A DNA stretch of 58,651 nt from Candidatus Omnitrophota bacterium (GCA_023247725.1 JAHFFW010000015.1:1-58651); one strand, 5' to 3'. Positions 34,197 to 43,391 are shown, numbered from the stretch's first letter. The notes: generated from the letters alone by a model not told the origin. Translations and numbers: made by a program.

Positions 34197-34724
34197 TCAT
34201 TGTTTATTGGCGAGTTTGATAATCTCTTGCACAAATCTCGGCAGATCTTCGGGTTTACGCGAAGTCACCAAATTCTTATCGACGACGACTTCTTCATCCA
34301 CATACCTGGCCCCCGCGGCGATGAGATCATCCTTAATGGCATAAAAACACGTGGCCTTCTGATCTTTCAATATTCCGGCGGAAACCAAAAGCCAGCCGCC
34401 GTGACAAATCGCGGCCACAATCTTTCCTTCCTGATAAAGCTTTTTTACCAAATCAACCACTTTAGGATAACGGCGAAGGATATCCGGTGCATATCCGCCG
34501 GGAATAATCACTCCATCGACATCGGAGGATTTGATTTTTTCAATCGAGGTCTCAACCTGGCAAGGGTATCCTTCCTTGCTGCCGTAGGTTGCTTTGTTCC
34601 CGGTTCCCACGGTGAGGACTTGGAAGCCCGCTTCTTGCAAACGCAAAAACGGATACCAGACCTCGAGCACCTGATAAAGGTCTTCGACCAAGATGACCAT
34701 CTTCTTGGGGGATGAACCCATCAC
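34197..34724 (-). CDS. DJ-1/PfpI family protein
   Basis: AAICHGGWLL nucleophile-elbow motif; 175 aa. Confidence 0.9.
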   Translation of the reverse strand: MMGSSPKKMVILVEDLYQVLEVWYPFLRLQEAGFQVLTVGTGNKATYGSKEGYPCQVETSIEKIKSSDVDGVIIPGGYAPDILRRYPKVVDLVKKLYQEGKIVAAICHGGWLLVSAGILKDQKATCFYAIKDDLIAAGARYVDEEVVVDKNLVTSRKPEDLPRFVQEIIKLANKQ

Positions 34725-34774
34725 TAAACCTCAATTATCAGAATAGTTGATTATGTTCTTCTGGCAGGTGAATC

Positions 34775-34788
34775 TACTGACCAACGCA
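34775..34788. repeat. Family-1 repeat, 14-nt terminal fragment (copy D)
   Basis: TACTGACCAACGCA is identical to the end of copies B and C. It lies 50 nt upstream of the DJ-1 ATG. Confidence 0.35.
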
Positions 34789-34872
34789 ACTTTTGGGAAT
34801 CCGTGGTCCATCTTTAAAAAGATGGCCACTGATTTTGAGATTCGTCAATGGCCATCGGATTGCCGTCGGAAA

Positions 34873-35031
34873 TCAGGGACGGCCACCTTTGCGCCGCTTC
34901 TTCTCGGAAGGTTTGGAATAATAGCGTCGTTCCTTCGCCTCAACCAGAAATCCTTCTTTCTGGCATTGCTTTTTGAAGATGCGCATGGCCTTTTCAAAAT
35001 TGTGTTTATCGGTGATTTTGACTTCCACCAT
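34873..35031 (-). CDS. rpsU: 30S ribosomal protein S21
   Basis: Hand translation gives MVEVKITDKHNFEKAMRIFKKQCQKEGFLVEAKERRYYSKPSEKKRRKGGRP. At 52 aa it is below the ORF-track cutoff. Confidence 0.9.
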   Translation of the reverse strand: MVEVKITDKHNFEKAMRIFKKQCQKEGFLVEAKERRYYSKPSEKKRRKGGRP

Positions 35032-35236
35032 AAATGGATCACTTCCCTTCTTCAGAGTTTGGATGGCGGTTGTATTATATTATAGTTTTGTGAAAAATCA
35101 AATCGCGTTAAAATTTTTCCTTACGGACGATGGCTTCCGTCTTTTCCATGACAGGGCCTTCCTTCCCTAATATAGGGAGGTATGGTAACAAAATGGGGTT
35201 GCTCCGTCAATGACCGGGCTTAGAAATTAAACCATG

Positions 35237-35289
35237 AAGGCCCGCAGCCCGACGCTCCACCGTGTGGCGGAGGCCGGACTGCGGGCCTT
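35237..35289 (-). terminator. Long stem-loop after the aminomutase gene
   Basis: AAGGCCCGCAG...CTGCGGGCCTT forms an 11-bp stem with an inner CTCCACC/GGCGGAG stem, 25 nt after the stop at 35314. Confidence 0.45.
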
Positions 35290-35313
35290 TGAAGTTCTGC
35301 CTCGCACTAAGCT

Positions 35314-36513
35314 TTATCCTACCGGATCGATATACTGATACGTCTGCCCAGCGTAGTTGCGCAAGGTGGCGACCCCGTTTTCATAGGAAACCAAATACGT
35401 CGGACCAATGGGAATTTTACCGCCGCCGCCGGGACCGTCAATCACATACGTGGGCACCGCATACCCCGTCGTATGCCCGCGCAGTTTTTCCATGATATTA
35501 ATTCCCGTGGCGACCGAGGTACGGAAATGCCGCGAACCCATAATGAGATCGCACTGATAAATATAATACGGCCGCACCCGGATCCTTAAAAGCTCATGGA
35601 ACAATTTTTTCATGATCGCGGCCTTATCATTGACCCCGCGCAAGAGCACGGTTTGACTGCCCATGACAATCCCATTATCCGCCAAAAGGTCGCAAGCAAA
35701 TTTGACGCGCTTGGTGACCTCCTTGGGATGATTAAAGTGAATGCTCATCCAGATAGGGCTATACCGTTTGAGCATGTTCACCAAATCCGTCGTGATCCGC
35801 TGCGGCAGCGTGACCGGAACCCGAGAACCAATCCGCACAAATTCGACGTGAGGGATGGATTTGATGTTCTTGATAATGGATTCAAGCATGTTATCGCCCA
35901 AGGTCAGGGGATCCCCGCCGGAAATAAGGACATCCCGAATTTTTTTGTTGGAACGGATGTAATCATACGCCGCTTCATAGGTCGAGGGACGCAGCGTTCG
36001 ATGGCCATCGCCCACCAGGCGCGAACGTGTGCAATACCGGCAATACATCGCACACATTTCATTGACGAGAAACAACACCCGGTCCGGATAACGGTGCACC
36101 AGCCCATGCACGGGCATATTCTTGTCCTCGCCGCAGGGATCGGTCAATTCTTCTGGAGCGGTTTCGAATTCATACCCTTGGGGAACGGTCTGCAGCCGGA
36201 TGGGGCATTGGGGATCTTCTGGATCCATCAGGCTGGCCCAATACGGTGGGATGGACATGGTGAGTTTGTCCCGACAGCCATCCACGCCTTTTTCTTCCTG
36301 CGGGGTCATATTGATGATTTTGGAAAGAACCTCCTTGGTGCGAATCCGGTGGCGCATCTGCCAGCGCCAGTCTTCCCAATCGAGAGGCGTCGCATCTTTG
36401 AAGAAACTGATGACACGGTTTTCTTTCGGGGTTAATTTGACAGCTGGTTGGCCCGTGGTGAGCGCCGACTCCGTGGTCTGTACGTCCTTGACTTCGGTTT
36501 CAGCCTGATTCAT
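35314..36513 (-). CDS. kamA: Lysine 2,3-aminomutase (KamA family radical SAM)
   Basis: CAMYCRYCTR cluster motif, the N-terminal WEDWRWQMRHRI block and YVIDGPGGGGKIPI; 399 aa. AAGGAGG RBS. Confidence 0.9.
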   Translation of the reverse strand: MNQAETEVKDVQTTESALTTGQPAVKLTPKENRVISFFKDATPLDWEDWRWQMRHRIRTKEVLSKIINMTPQEEKGVDGCRDKLTMSIPPYWASLMDPEDPQCPIRLQTVPQGYEFETAPEELTDPCGEDKNMPVHGLVHRYPDRVLFLVNEMCAMYCRYCTRSRLVGDGHRTLRPSTYEAAYDYIRSNKKIRDVLISGGDPLTLGDNMLESIIKNIKSIPHVEFVRIGSRVPVTLPQRITTDLVNMLKRYSPIWMSIHFNHPKEVTKRVKFACDLLADNGIVMGSQTVLLRGVNDKAAIMKKLFHELLRIRVRPYYIYQCDLIMGSRHFRTSVATGINIMEKLRGHTTGYAVPTYVIDGPGGGGKIPIGPTYLVSYENGVATLRNYAGQTYQYIDPVG

Positions 36514-36540
36514 TGTTTTGCCTCCTTGAAAAGGATGCCT

Positions 36541-37596
36541 TTAAACCGATGCGGTTTCTCCGGGTCGCACGGGGCTCTGTTTTCTGGTGACCCGACTTCC
36601 CCATAACCCGTAACGCTTCAAGCCCTCATCTAAAATGCGATTGATAATCTCAGCGTAAGTCCAGCCTTTGGCCTTCGCCATAAAGAAAAAGGTATCCTCC
36701 GGCGACAAACACGGCAAGGGATTGATTTCCAAAACATACGGCCTTCCTTTTTCATCGACGCGGAAATCAATGCGGCCAAAATCCACACAGCCCACGCTTT
36801 TGTACGCCGCCACCGCAATCTCCTGCAGGGTTTTCAATAATCTTTTGGGAATCTGTGCCGGACAAAGATACTGGATCTGATCAGTCTGCTGGGAAAGCCG
36901 CGTGAAGGTATAAAAATCGTCGCCTAATTCCCTTTTACCTTCGATCGCGATCTGCACGACGGGTAAGGCCAAAGGATGCTCATTGCCAATGACGCCGACG
37001 GTAAATTCGGTTCCCTTAATAAACTCCTCCACCAAGGCGGTCTGTTGATAAACTCCATTGATCACATCCACCTGCTTTTTTAATTCGGTGAAATTGATAA
37101 CCCGAGAATTTTTGCTTAATCCCTTGGAAGATCCCTCATGATGCGGTTTGACAATTAAGGGAAACGCAAGTTTGCAGAGTTTTCGCAGATTGTCTCCCGC
37201 AACAGCGGCAAAATAATGCGGCGTGGGAATCCGGTCGGCAATAAAACATTTTTTGGCCACAATTTTATCCAGGGTTATTCCTAAGGTTAACGCATCCGAT
37301 CCCACGTAGGGGATTCCCTTCATCTCGAGCAACAAAGGAACCTGGGATTCACGGTTGCGGCCCAGATGTCCTTCGCAAATATTAAAAACAATATCGACAT
37401 CCAGATCATCCCAATTCTTCAGTAAATTCCAAACATGGCCGATCCTCTTGACCGTATGACCGCCGGATTCCACGGCTTGAGCGATCGCCTCGACGGTCTT
37501 AGGCGTATCGAGCTCTGCGCTCAAGTCCAGCGGGTCACCCTGTGAGGCGACCAGATCCGTTTTTAAATCAAAGCTGAGTCCAATCATTTTTCCCAT
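36541..37596 (-). CDS. ATP-grasp ligase, D-Ala-D-Ala-ligase-like
   Basis: Ddl-type blocks (PLIVKPHHEGSSKG, VEEFIKGTEFTVGVIGN, GRIDFRVDEKGRPYVLEINPLP). Start is set at MGKMIGLSF; the upstream Lys-rich extension is rejected. Confidence 0.8.
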   Translation of the reverse strand: MGKMIGLSFDLKTDLVASQGDPLDLSAELDTPKTVEAIAQAVESGGHTVKRIGHVWNLLKNWDDLDVDIVFNICEGHLGRNRESQVPLLLEMKGIPYVGSDALTLGITLDKIVAKKCFIADRIPTPHYFAAVAGDNLRKLCKLAFPLIVKPHHEGSSKGLSKNSRVINFTELKKQVDVINGVYQQTALVEEFIKGTEFTVGVIGNEHPLALPVVQIAIEGKRELGDDFYTFTRLSQQTDQIQYLCPAQIPKRLLKTLQEIAVAAYKSVGCVDFGRIDFRVDEKGRPYVLEINPLPCLSPEDTFFFMAKAKGWTYAEIINRILDEGLKRYGLWGSRVTRKQSPVRPGETASV

Positions 37597-37600
37597 CTTT

Positions 37601-37638
37601 ACAAAAAAAAGAGGAACCCGATTGTTTCTTGGGTTCCT
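37601..37638 (-). terminator. Canonical intrinsic terminator 6 nt upstream of the ATP-grasp ATG
   Basis: The minus strand reads AGGAACCC-aagaaacaatc-GGGTTCCT followed by CTTTTTTTT. Confidence 0.6.
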
Positions 37639-37741
37639 TTTCTTCTCCTTTTCTTTATGGCAATTTCTTAAATCCCCTTTACGAATTTTTGTTTTTCGTA
37701 AAAATTTGTTCTCCAAAAAATTTTTCTTCCAAATTTAGTTT

Positions 37742-37770
37742 TTTTTAACACACCGCCATCGGTGTGTCAA
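37742..37770 (-). promoter_or_regulatory. Candidate sigma70 promoter whose spacer contains a palindrome
   Basis: The minus strand reads TTGACA, a 17-nt spacer, then TAAAAA. The palindrome ACACACCG-atgg-CGGTGTGT begins within the -35 hexamer and fills the spacer. Confidence 0.45.
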
Positions 37771-37864
37771 GTTTTTTAAAAATTTTTTACAAAATTTTTA
37801 AAATGTTAGCCCTCAAAGAGATAAATTTTTCTTCCAGAATGCTAAAAATGTCCAATCAGAATGA

Positions 37865-37937
37865 CCGTCTTTTGCCAAAGTACCCTTCTTCGCCGAATGC
37901 TTATCGCGTTCGGCTTCGCAAGGCTATCCTGCGAAGC
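37865..37937 (-). repeat. Family-2 two-hairpin element, copy 2
   Basis: The minus strand reads GCTTCGCA-ggatagcct-TGCGAAGC (H1), GCCGAA-CGCGATAAGCA-TTCGGC (H2), then GGCAAAAGAC. It begins 15 nt after the corA stop. Confidence 0.5.
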
Positions 37938-37951
37938 TCGTCGATAGATGG

Positions 37952-38872
37952 TTAGATCCGTTTGCTTTTGTAAATGAGAATAACCAGAACCACGGAAGAA
38001 AAGGCGATGCCCAAAATGATCCAGAAGGACCACAAGGTGGATTCCTGAGCCAAGGGAAGTTTGACATTCATCGAAAAAATGCTGATGACAAGCGTGGGAA
38101 TCATGATGCAGATCATAACGACCGTCAGATTCTTGATGAGGATATTGAGATTGTTACTCACCAGAGAAACCCAGGCATCCATCATGCTGGAAAGAACCTG
38201 AGAATAGGTATTGGCTTCTTCGTAACATTGGCTATTCTCGATAATGACGTCCTCGAGGAATTCATTGTCTTCGACCGAAAAGTTAAATTTTGCCGCATTG
38301 GTTTTGAGCCGATCAATGACCTTGCCGTTGGAACTGATGGCCTTGAGATAATACACCAAACTTTTTTCCAGATTAAACATATGCAAAAGATCCCGGTTGG
38401 CCATCGCCTTATTGATCTCACGCTCAAGCTCATCGGAGATCTGCTGAATCACATGCAGGTGCTGTTCGAAGTGAATGATGCACCGATGGATCACCTTGAG
38501 CATGACATCGGTGGCGGAGCGCACTCTGGAAAAAAGTTTTCCATCAAAAAGCGTGGCCTCTTCCGAAAGGACAATAATGAGTTTGTCAGCAAACAAAAAT
38601 AAACCGACGGAAGAAATCTTTAAAAGAAAATTGTCCTGAGATGAATACCGCTTGGGCCTTTTGATGATGATGGCCGCATGATTGCTTTCAAATTCGACCC
38701 GGCCAACCTCCTCGGGATCGAGGGTGGAATTAAGGGTATGCTCATCGATTTGCCTGGTCTCAATGAGAAGTTTTTTCTCCTCTTCATCGGGATTGACGTA
38801 AACATAGACTCTGGACTCGGCGTCGCCATTCTCGATCAGTTTTCCGTCCTGAATCTGATATTTTTTAAGCAC
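37952..38872 (-). CDS. corA: CorA-family divalent metal transporter
   Basis: A soluble N-terminal domain, two C-terminal TM helices, and an FSMNV variant of the (Y/F)GMN motif. Confidence 0.75.
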   Translation of the reverse strand: MLKKYQIQDGKLIENGDAESRVYVYVNPDEEEKKLLIETRQIDEHTLNSTLDPEEVGRVEFESNHAAIIIKRPKRYSSQDNFLLKISSVGLFLFADKLIIVLSEEATLFDGKLFSRVRSATDVMLKVIHRCIIHFEQHLHVIQQISDELEREINKAMANRDLLHMFNLEKSLVYYLKAISSNGKVIDRLKTNAAKFNFSVEDNEFLEDVIIENSQCYEEANTYSQVLSSMMDAWVSLVSNNLNILIKNLTVVMICIMIPTLVISIFSMNVKLPLAQESTLWSFWIILGIAFSSVVLVILIYKSKRI

Positions 38873-38904
38873 GTCGCCTCACCCTCATCGTTCATGAACC
38901 GAAA

Positions 38905-39603
38905 TCAACGCCTCCTGGTCACGCCGATCTTCGGACACATCGCCTTAAGACAACAGCGCGAGCACAAAGGCGAAATGGGTTTGCAGACATTTTGTCCCCA
39001 CAGAACCAGAAGCGAATTATACTCGTTCCAAAATGATTTGGGCAATTTTTTTCGTAAAACCATCTCCGTCTCAAGCGGACTCTTCGTTTTGACAAATCCA
39101 ATCCGATTGGAAATCCGATGCACATGCGTGTCGACACAAATGCCAGGCTTGCCAAAGCCTTCGATCAAAACCAAATTCGCGGTCTTGCGGCCCACTCCAT
39201 GGAGCGACAATAAGGTATCCAAATCATCCGGCACCTGGCCGGCGAAACGATCCATGAGGTCCCGGCAAATCCGCAGAATCGTCCGCGCTTTCGTTCTATA
39301 AAATCCGACGGGAAAAATGGCTTTTTCGATTTGATCGGTGCTTAATTTCAACATCGCCTGCACCGTGTCAGCCAGGGCAAACAGGCGTTCCGCGGCCGGC
39401 AAGGTGGTTCGGTCCTGGGTCCGCAAACTTAAGATACAGGAGATCAAAACCAAAAAAGGATTTTTCCACCGTTTGCCCACGAGCGTTACCGAAGGATCCG
39501 GCAGCCGGGATGTGGATCGCCGTAGTTGATGGACGACCTTCTCTATCTTCACAGCGGGCTTAGACATGTCTCGAGGTTTGGTAAAAAGCGGCGGGAATTC
39601 CAA
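38905..39603 (-). CDS. nth: Endonuclease III
   Basis: HhH-GPD LHGVGRKTANLVL and the C-terminal Cx6Cx2Cx5C Fe-S cluster loop. The start may be 39567. Confidence 0.92.
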   Translation of the reverse strand: MEFPPLFTKPRDMSKPAVKIEKVVHQLRRSTSRLPDPSVTLVGKRWKNPFLVLISCILSLRTQDRTTLPAAERLFALADTVQAMLKLSTDQIEKAIFPVGFYRTKARTILRICRDLMDRFAGQVPDDLDTLLSLHGVGRKTANLVLIEGFGKPGICVDTHVHRISNRIGFVKTKSPLETEMVLRKKLPKSFWNEYNSLLVLWGQNVCKPISPLCSRCCLKAMCPKIGVTRRR

Positions 39604-40282
39604 TATCGGCCACCTGTATTTGACCAGCCTGCTGCGGGCCCCGCTTTTGTTTCAATCCTGTCTTCATCAGACCCAAGGTCACCGTCACATTGGCCTTCAC
39701 ACACGCTCCCTGAATCTCGCCGGTCGTGGCATCCAACCCAGAAGGAACATCGACGGAAATAACCGGCTGGCTGGCCTGGTTGATCGCTTCAATGACACCC
39801 TTGAATGGCTCGTCCACATCACGATTCAATCCAATCCCAAAAATTGCATCCACAATCATAGAACATTCATTCAATTCCTTTAAAAAAATTGAATCGCGTT
39901 TAGCCAGCAAGCGGATCGGTTGATCCAAATTCTGCAAGATGGAAAGATTCATCCGGGCATCTGCCTTAAGGTCCGACGGCGTTCCAATCAAAAATATTTT
40001 CGTCGCAATACCCTTGACCAGCAGATGCCTGGCCGCAACCAAACCGTCGCCGGCATTGTTGCCGCGGCCGCAAATGATGGACACCCGCCGGCGAGGCAAA
40101 GATCCCCGTCGGGATTTGTATCTTTGGGACACCGCTTGAGCCACCGCCCGCCCCGCATTTTCCATCAAGACAATCGAGGGGATTCCGATCGATTCGATTC
40201 CCCATCGTTCCAACTCTTGAATCTCTTTGGCGGTGACCGAATTGACACTCGCCGGTTTAAGGAGGAGCCCTTTATAGTTCAT
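39560..40282 (-). CDS. NAD(P)H-hydrate epimerase (YjeF N-terminal domain only)
   Basis: GRGNNAGDGLVAARHL motif. The ATG at 40282 gives an 11-nt overlap with the era stop. Confidence 0.8.
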   Translation of the reverse strand: MNYKGLLLKPASVNSVTAKEIQELERWGIESIGIPSIVLMENAGRAVAQAVSQRYKSRRGSLPRRRVSIICGRGNNAGDGLVAARHLLVKGIATKIFLIGTPSDLKADARMNLSILQNLDQPIRLLAKRDSIFLKELNECSMIVDAIFGIGLNRDVDEPFKGVIEAINQASQPVISVDVPSGLDATTGEIQGACVKANVTVTLGLMKTGLKQKRGPQQAGQIQVADIGIPAAFYQTSRHV

Positions 40283-41237
40283 ATCCCAAATCGTGCAGGA
40301 TCTCGCTATCCTGCCGCCAGTTTTTTTCCAGCTTGACCTGTAATTCCAAAAAGATCGTTCGTTCCATGAGCTCTTCCAGTTCCTGCCTCGCCTGCGTGCC
40401 AATTTTCTTTAGCATCTGCCCGCCCTTGCCGATGACGATTTCTTTTTGCGATTCCCGCTCCACCAAAATGAGCGCCTGGATGAACAACAATTTATTCTTG
40501 CGAGGTTCCATCTTTTCGACGGCGACGGCCAAAGAATGCGGGACTTCTTCCCGCAAAACAAAAAGCAATTTCTCCCGGATGATATCCGCAATGACCATTT
40601 TTTGCGGTGTATCACTAATGACATCCGTCGGATATAAAGGCGGCCCCTTTGGAAGAAGACGAAACAATTCTTTGCGCAATTCTTCCACATGGATTCCGGT
40701 TTTGCCCGATAAGGGCAAAAGAATCAAAGAAGGAACCTCCGCAATGGGCCGGCCCTTGGCCTTTTCCCAAAGCTCAAAGTATTGGGGAACAAATTTCCCC
40801 TTCAAATCAATTTTATTCAAACCCAAAATGACTGGGACCTTGGCTTCTCGGAGATGGTCGACGATCATTTCTTCCTCGGGCCCGATGGGTTCACTCGTAT
40901 CCACCAGATGAACCAGGGCATCCACAGAATCAATCGTATCCAAAGAAGCTTTATTGAGCAAACAATCGAGACGGTCCTTGCCCTTCAGCAAGCCAGGCGT
41001 GTCGATAAAAATGATCTGACCCCGCTCGTCGGTATAAATGCCGCGGATTTGCATGCGGGTGGTTTGCGGGACTTTGGATACTATCGCGACTTTTTCACCA
41101 ATGAGCCGATTCAATAGCGTGGATTTTCCCACATTGGGTCGGCCAACGAGGGAAACAGTGCCGCAACAAAGCTCAGGATTTGCCGGCGGGGGGATGGCTG
41201 GGGATTCCATGACGGTATTTGAAAACCGTAGCGACAA
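40272..41237 (-). CDS. era: GTPase Era
   Basis: GRPNVGKSTLLN, DTPG, NKID and a C-terminal KH domain. Confidence 0.95.
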   Translation of the reverse strand: MSLRFSNTVMESPAIPPPANPELCCGTVSLVGRPNVGKSTLLNRLIGEKVAIVSKVPQTTRMQIRGIYTDERGQIIFIDTPGLLKGKDRLDCLLNKASLDTIDSVDALVHLVDTSEPIGPEEEMIVDHLREAKVPVILGLNKIDLKGKFVPQYFELWEKAKGRPIAEVPSLILLPLSGKTGIHVEELRKELFRLLPKGPPLYPTDVISDTPQKMVIADIIREKLLFVLREEVPHSLAVAVEKMEPRKNKLLFIQALILVERESQKEIVIGKGGQMLKKIGTQARQELEELMERTIFLELQVKLEKNWRQDSEILHDLGYEL

Positions 41238-41475
41238 CCAGTGTGAACATGAAGGTATTGACCACGTTAAATGTCTTCCAAACTTTATCCGCTGAGGTCA
41301 ATCCCGAGGGGGCCATCAACAAAATGCAAACCCAGACCCCCATCGCCCACGACAAACTGATATCGCAAGAGGATTTTCTTTTGACGATCTTGTAAATGAG
41401 AGGGATATTCCACAAAGGCAGAATGACCGCCGCCAGCTGTCCGATTGTATTGACCCATTCTACTGACCAACGCAT
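41173..41475 (-). CDS. Small 3-TM membrane protein, PQ-loop/SemiSWEET-like (tentative)
   Basis: Three hydrophobic segments; LPLWNIPLIYKIVKRKSSCDISL resembles a PQ-loop. The start codon lies inside family-1 repeat copy C. Confidence 0.45.
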   Translation of the reverse strand: MRWSVEWVNTIGQLAAVILPLWNIPLIYKIVKRKSSCDISLSWAMGVWVCILLMAPSGLTSADKVWKTFNVVNTFMFTLVVATVFKYRHGIPSHPPAGKS

Positions 41476-41499
41476 AAGTAATAGTACTCGTTTTATTGT
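41461..41499. repeat. Family-1 repeat, truncated copy C
   Basis: TACTGACCAACGCATAAGTAATAGTACTCGTTTTATTGT matches the first ~40 nt of copy B with few changes. It fills the 23-nt gap between two genes. Confidence 0.5.
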
Positions 41500-42485
41500 T
41501 AGTATCGATGGTTGTGGTAAATCAGTTGGCAGGCCTGATTGATAAACTTCTCAAGATTCTTTTCGCTGTTATGAATCCGGCAACCGGCCACGTCGCGATG
41601 ACCGCCACCGCCGTAAAGGCTGGCCAGGTAACCGATGTTGATCCGGCCGCGGGAACGCAAAGAGACGCGCAGCATATTGCCCCGAATCTCCCGAAACAGC
41701 AAGGCCACCTTTACGTTCTCAATCATCATCATTTCGTCGGCGACGCAATCGACATCGGCCTGGCTGCCTTTGAATTTTTTGTAATCTTGCTCGCCGATCA
41801 TGGACCAAACCAACTGCTGATTGGCCCGGGGGATGATCCGCTCATAGCAAAGCCCGCAAAGTCTGACCGAACAAAGCTTTTTTCTCCAGTAATATCGTTC
41901 CGAGATATTCTGAAAATTAATTCCCAACTGCATCAGCTGCGAACAAAAATCAAAGGTGGTGGGCTTGATGTCCTGTCGGCTGAAGGAAGAAGTCTCGACC
42001 AAGGTGGAAATCATCAAACATTCCGCAATCCTTTTATCGAGCCGAATACCTAATAACAGAAGCAATTGATAAATGATTTCTCCGACGGAACAGGCACTAT
42101 GGTCCACCAGCTGAACATCCCCGAAACGGGTGCGGTACAAATGATGATCAATCTCGATAATCCGTTTGGATCGTTCAAAGACATCCTCCAAAGAGGACAA
42201 TTGGATGATGCTGCCGCAATCAACGCTGATGGCCAAATCCGCCTGATCTTGATACTGTTGCTGGATCGAATAAGCCCCTGGCAGTGTGAGGTAGCGCTGC
42301 GGCACTGGATCCGGACAGAGCATGCAGATGATCTTCTCGAGTTGTTTCAATCCCAATCCAAGGGCCAGCAAGGAACCAATCGCATCACCGTCGGGATTCA
42401 TGTGGCAGGCCAAGATGATCCGGCGACTCTTTTTAATAAGATCGGCGGTCTGACGGAGTTTATATTGAAAGGCGTTCGGTGCCAT
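41499..42485 (-). CDS. DHH/DHHA1 phosphoesterase (NrnA-like oligoribonuclease/pAp phosphatase)
   Basis: HMNPDGDAIGS, EIDHH and GGGGH motifs; 328 aa. Confidence 0.88.
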   Translation of the reverse strand: MAPNAFQYKLRQTADLIKKSRRIILACHMNPDGDAIGSLLALGLGLKQLEKIICMLCPDPVPQRYLTLPGAYSIQQQYQDQADLAISVDCGSIIQLSSLEDVFERSKRIIEIDHHLYRTRFGDVQLVDHSACSVGEIIYQLLLLLGIRLDKRIAECLMISTLVETSSFSRQDIKPTTFDFCSQLMQLGINFQNISERYYWRKKLCSVRLCGLCYERIIPRANQQLVWSMIGEQDYKKFKGSQADVDCVADEMMMIENVKVALLFREIRGNMLRVSLRSRGRINIGYLASLYGGGGHRDVAGCRIHNSEKNLEKFINQACQLIYHNHRY

Positions 42486-42488
42486 GGT

Positions 42489-43391
42489 CTATAAAGAAAT
42501 GAATTGACGCAGTTGTTCCATTCGCGAATTGATCTTCGGCATGGTCAAACGCGAGGTTTTTTCCATTCCAAACCCTTCGACGTTAAAGGAAGCGATCGTG
42601 GTTCCGTAAAGAACCGCTTTTTTAAGCGCCTTGGCATTGATTTTTCTCTCTTTGCTCAAATACCCCATGAATCCGCCGGCAAAGGTATCTCCGGCTCCGG
42701 TCGGGTCAACCACCTCTTCGACCGGATAAGACGGAAATGAAAATTTGACGCTATCGCTATAAAAAAGCACGCCATGTTCTCCTTTTTTCACAACGATGAG
42801 TTCTGGTCCAAGGCTTCTTAAGCGACGGGTCGCGCGGATGAGATTATGTTCGCCCGTCAAAAGCCTCGCCTCAGCGTCGTTGACAACAAAAAGATCGACG
42901 ATCTTAAGCAGCTTGCGCAGCGAACGAACCTTGGTGTTGATCCAGAGGTTCATGCTATCGAGTCCCACCAGTTTGGGCTTTTTCATTTTCTGCAATAAGC
43001 CTATCTGAATATCGGGATCAATGTTGGCCAAAAAAATATTCGGAATAACCAGCTGATGGTCTTCAATCTGAGGAATAAATCCGGCGAGGACCCCCAGCTC
43101 GGTCGCCAGCGTCAAGGCCGAATTCAAATCCTCTTTTTTGTATTCGCCGTTCCAGCGAAAACTTTTTCCCTCCCCGACCCGCAGGGAAGCCAGATTGATC
43201 CGACGGGATTTTAAAAATCGGATATACTGTCCCGGAAAATCCTTGCCAATGACCGCCACCAGATTCACTTGAGTAAAAAATCGCGCGCTCATGGCAAAGT
43301 GCGCGGCCGAACCGCCCAGCATGTTGCGCCGTTTGCCAGAAGGCGTTTTGACATTATCGAGGGCGACGGTGCCGAGGACGAGTAAGCTCAT
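42489..43391 (-). CDS. PfkB-family sugar/nucleoside kinase
   Basis: DPTGAGDTFAGGF motif. The start MSLLVLG shares an ATGA overlap with the HEPN gene stop. Confidence 0.88.
   Translation of the reverse strand: MSLLVLGTVALDNVKTPSGKRRNMLGGSAAHFAMSARFFTQVNLVAVIGKDFPGQYIRFLKSRRINLASLRVGEGKSFRWNGEYKKEDLNSALTLATELGVLAGFIPQIEDHQLVIPNIFLANIDPDIQIGLLQKMKKPKLVGLDSMNLWINTKVRSLRKLLKIVDLFVVNDAEARLLTGEHNLIRATRRLRSLGPELIVVKKGEHGVLFYSDSVKFSFPSYPVEEVVDPTGAGDTFAGGFMGYLSKERKINAKALKKAVLYGTTIASFNVEGFGMEKTSRLTMPKINSRMEQLRQFISL

Noticed and set aside
35090-35160. Third copy of the family-2 element (an AACGCGAT match upstream of rpsU)
   Set aside because: Only the octamer and a GGAAAAGA-like block match, and they occur in the opposite order. 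No equivalent hairpins are present.
37597-37716. Lys-rich N-terminal extension (MENKFLRKTKIRKGDLRNCHKEKEKKRNPRNN...) of the ATP-grasp ORF, or a lysine leader peptide or L-box
   Set aside because: It uses a TTG start with a poor RBS and would place an intrinsic terminator inside coding sequence. It is in frame with no stop, so it cannot be a separate leader peptide. No L-box conserved segments are present.
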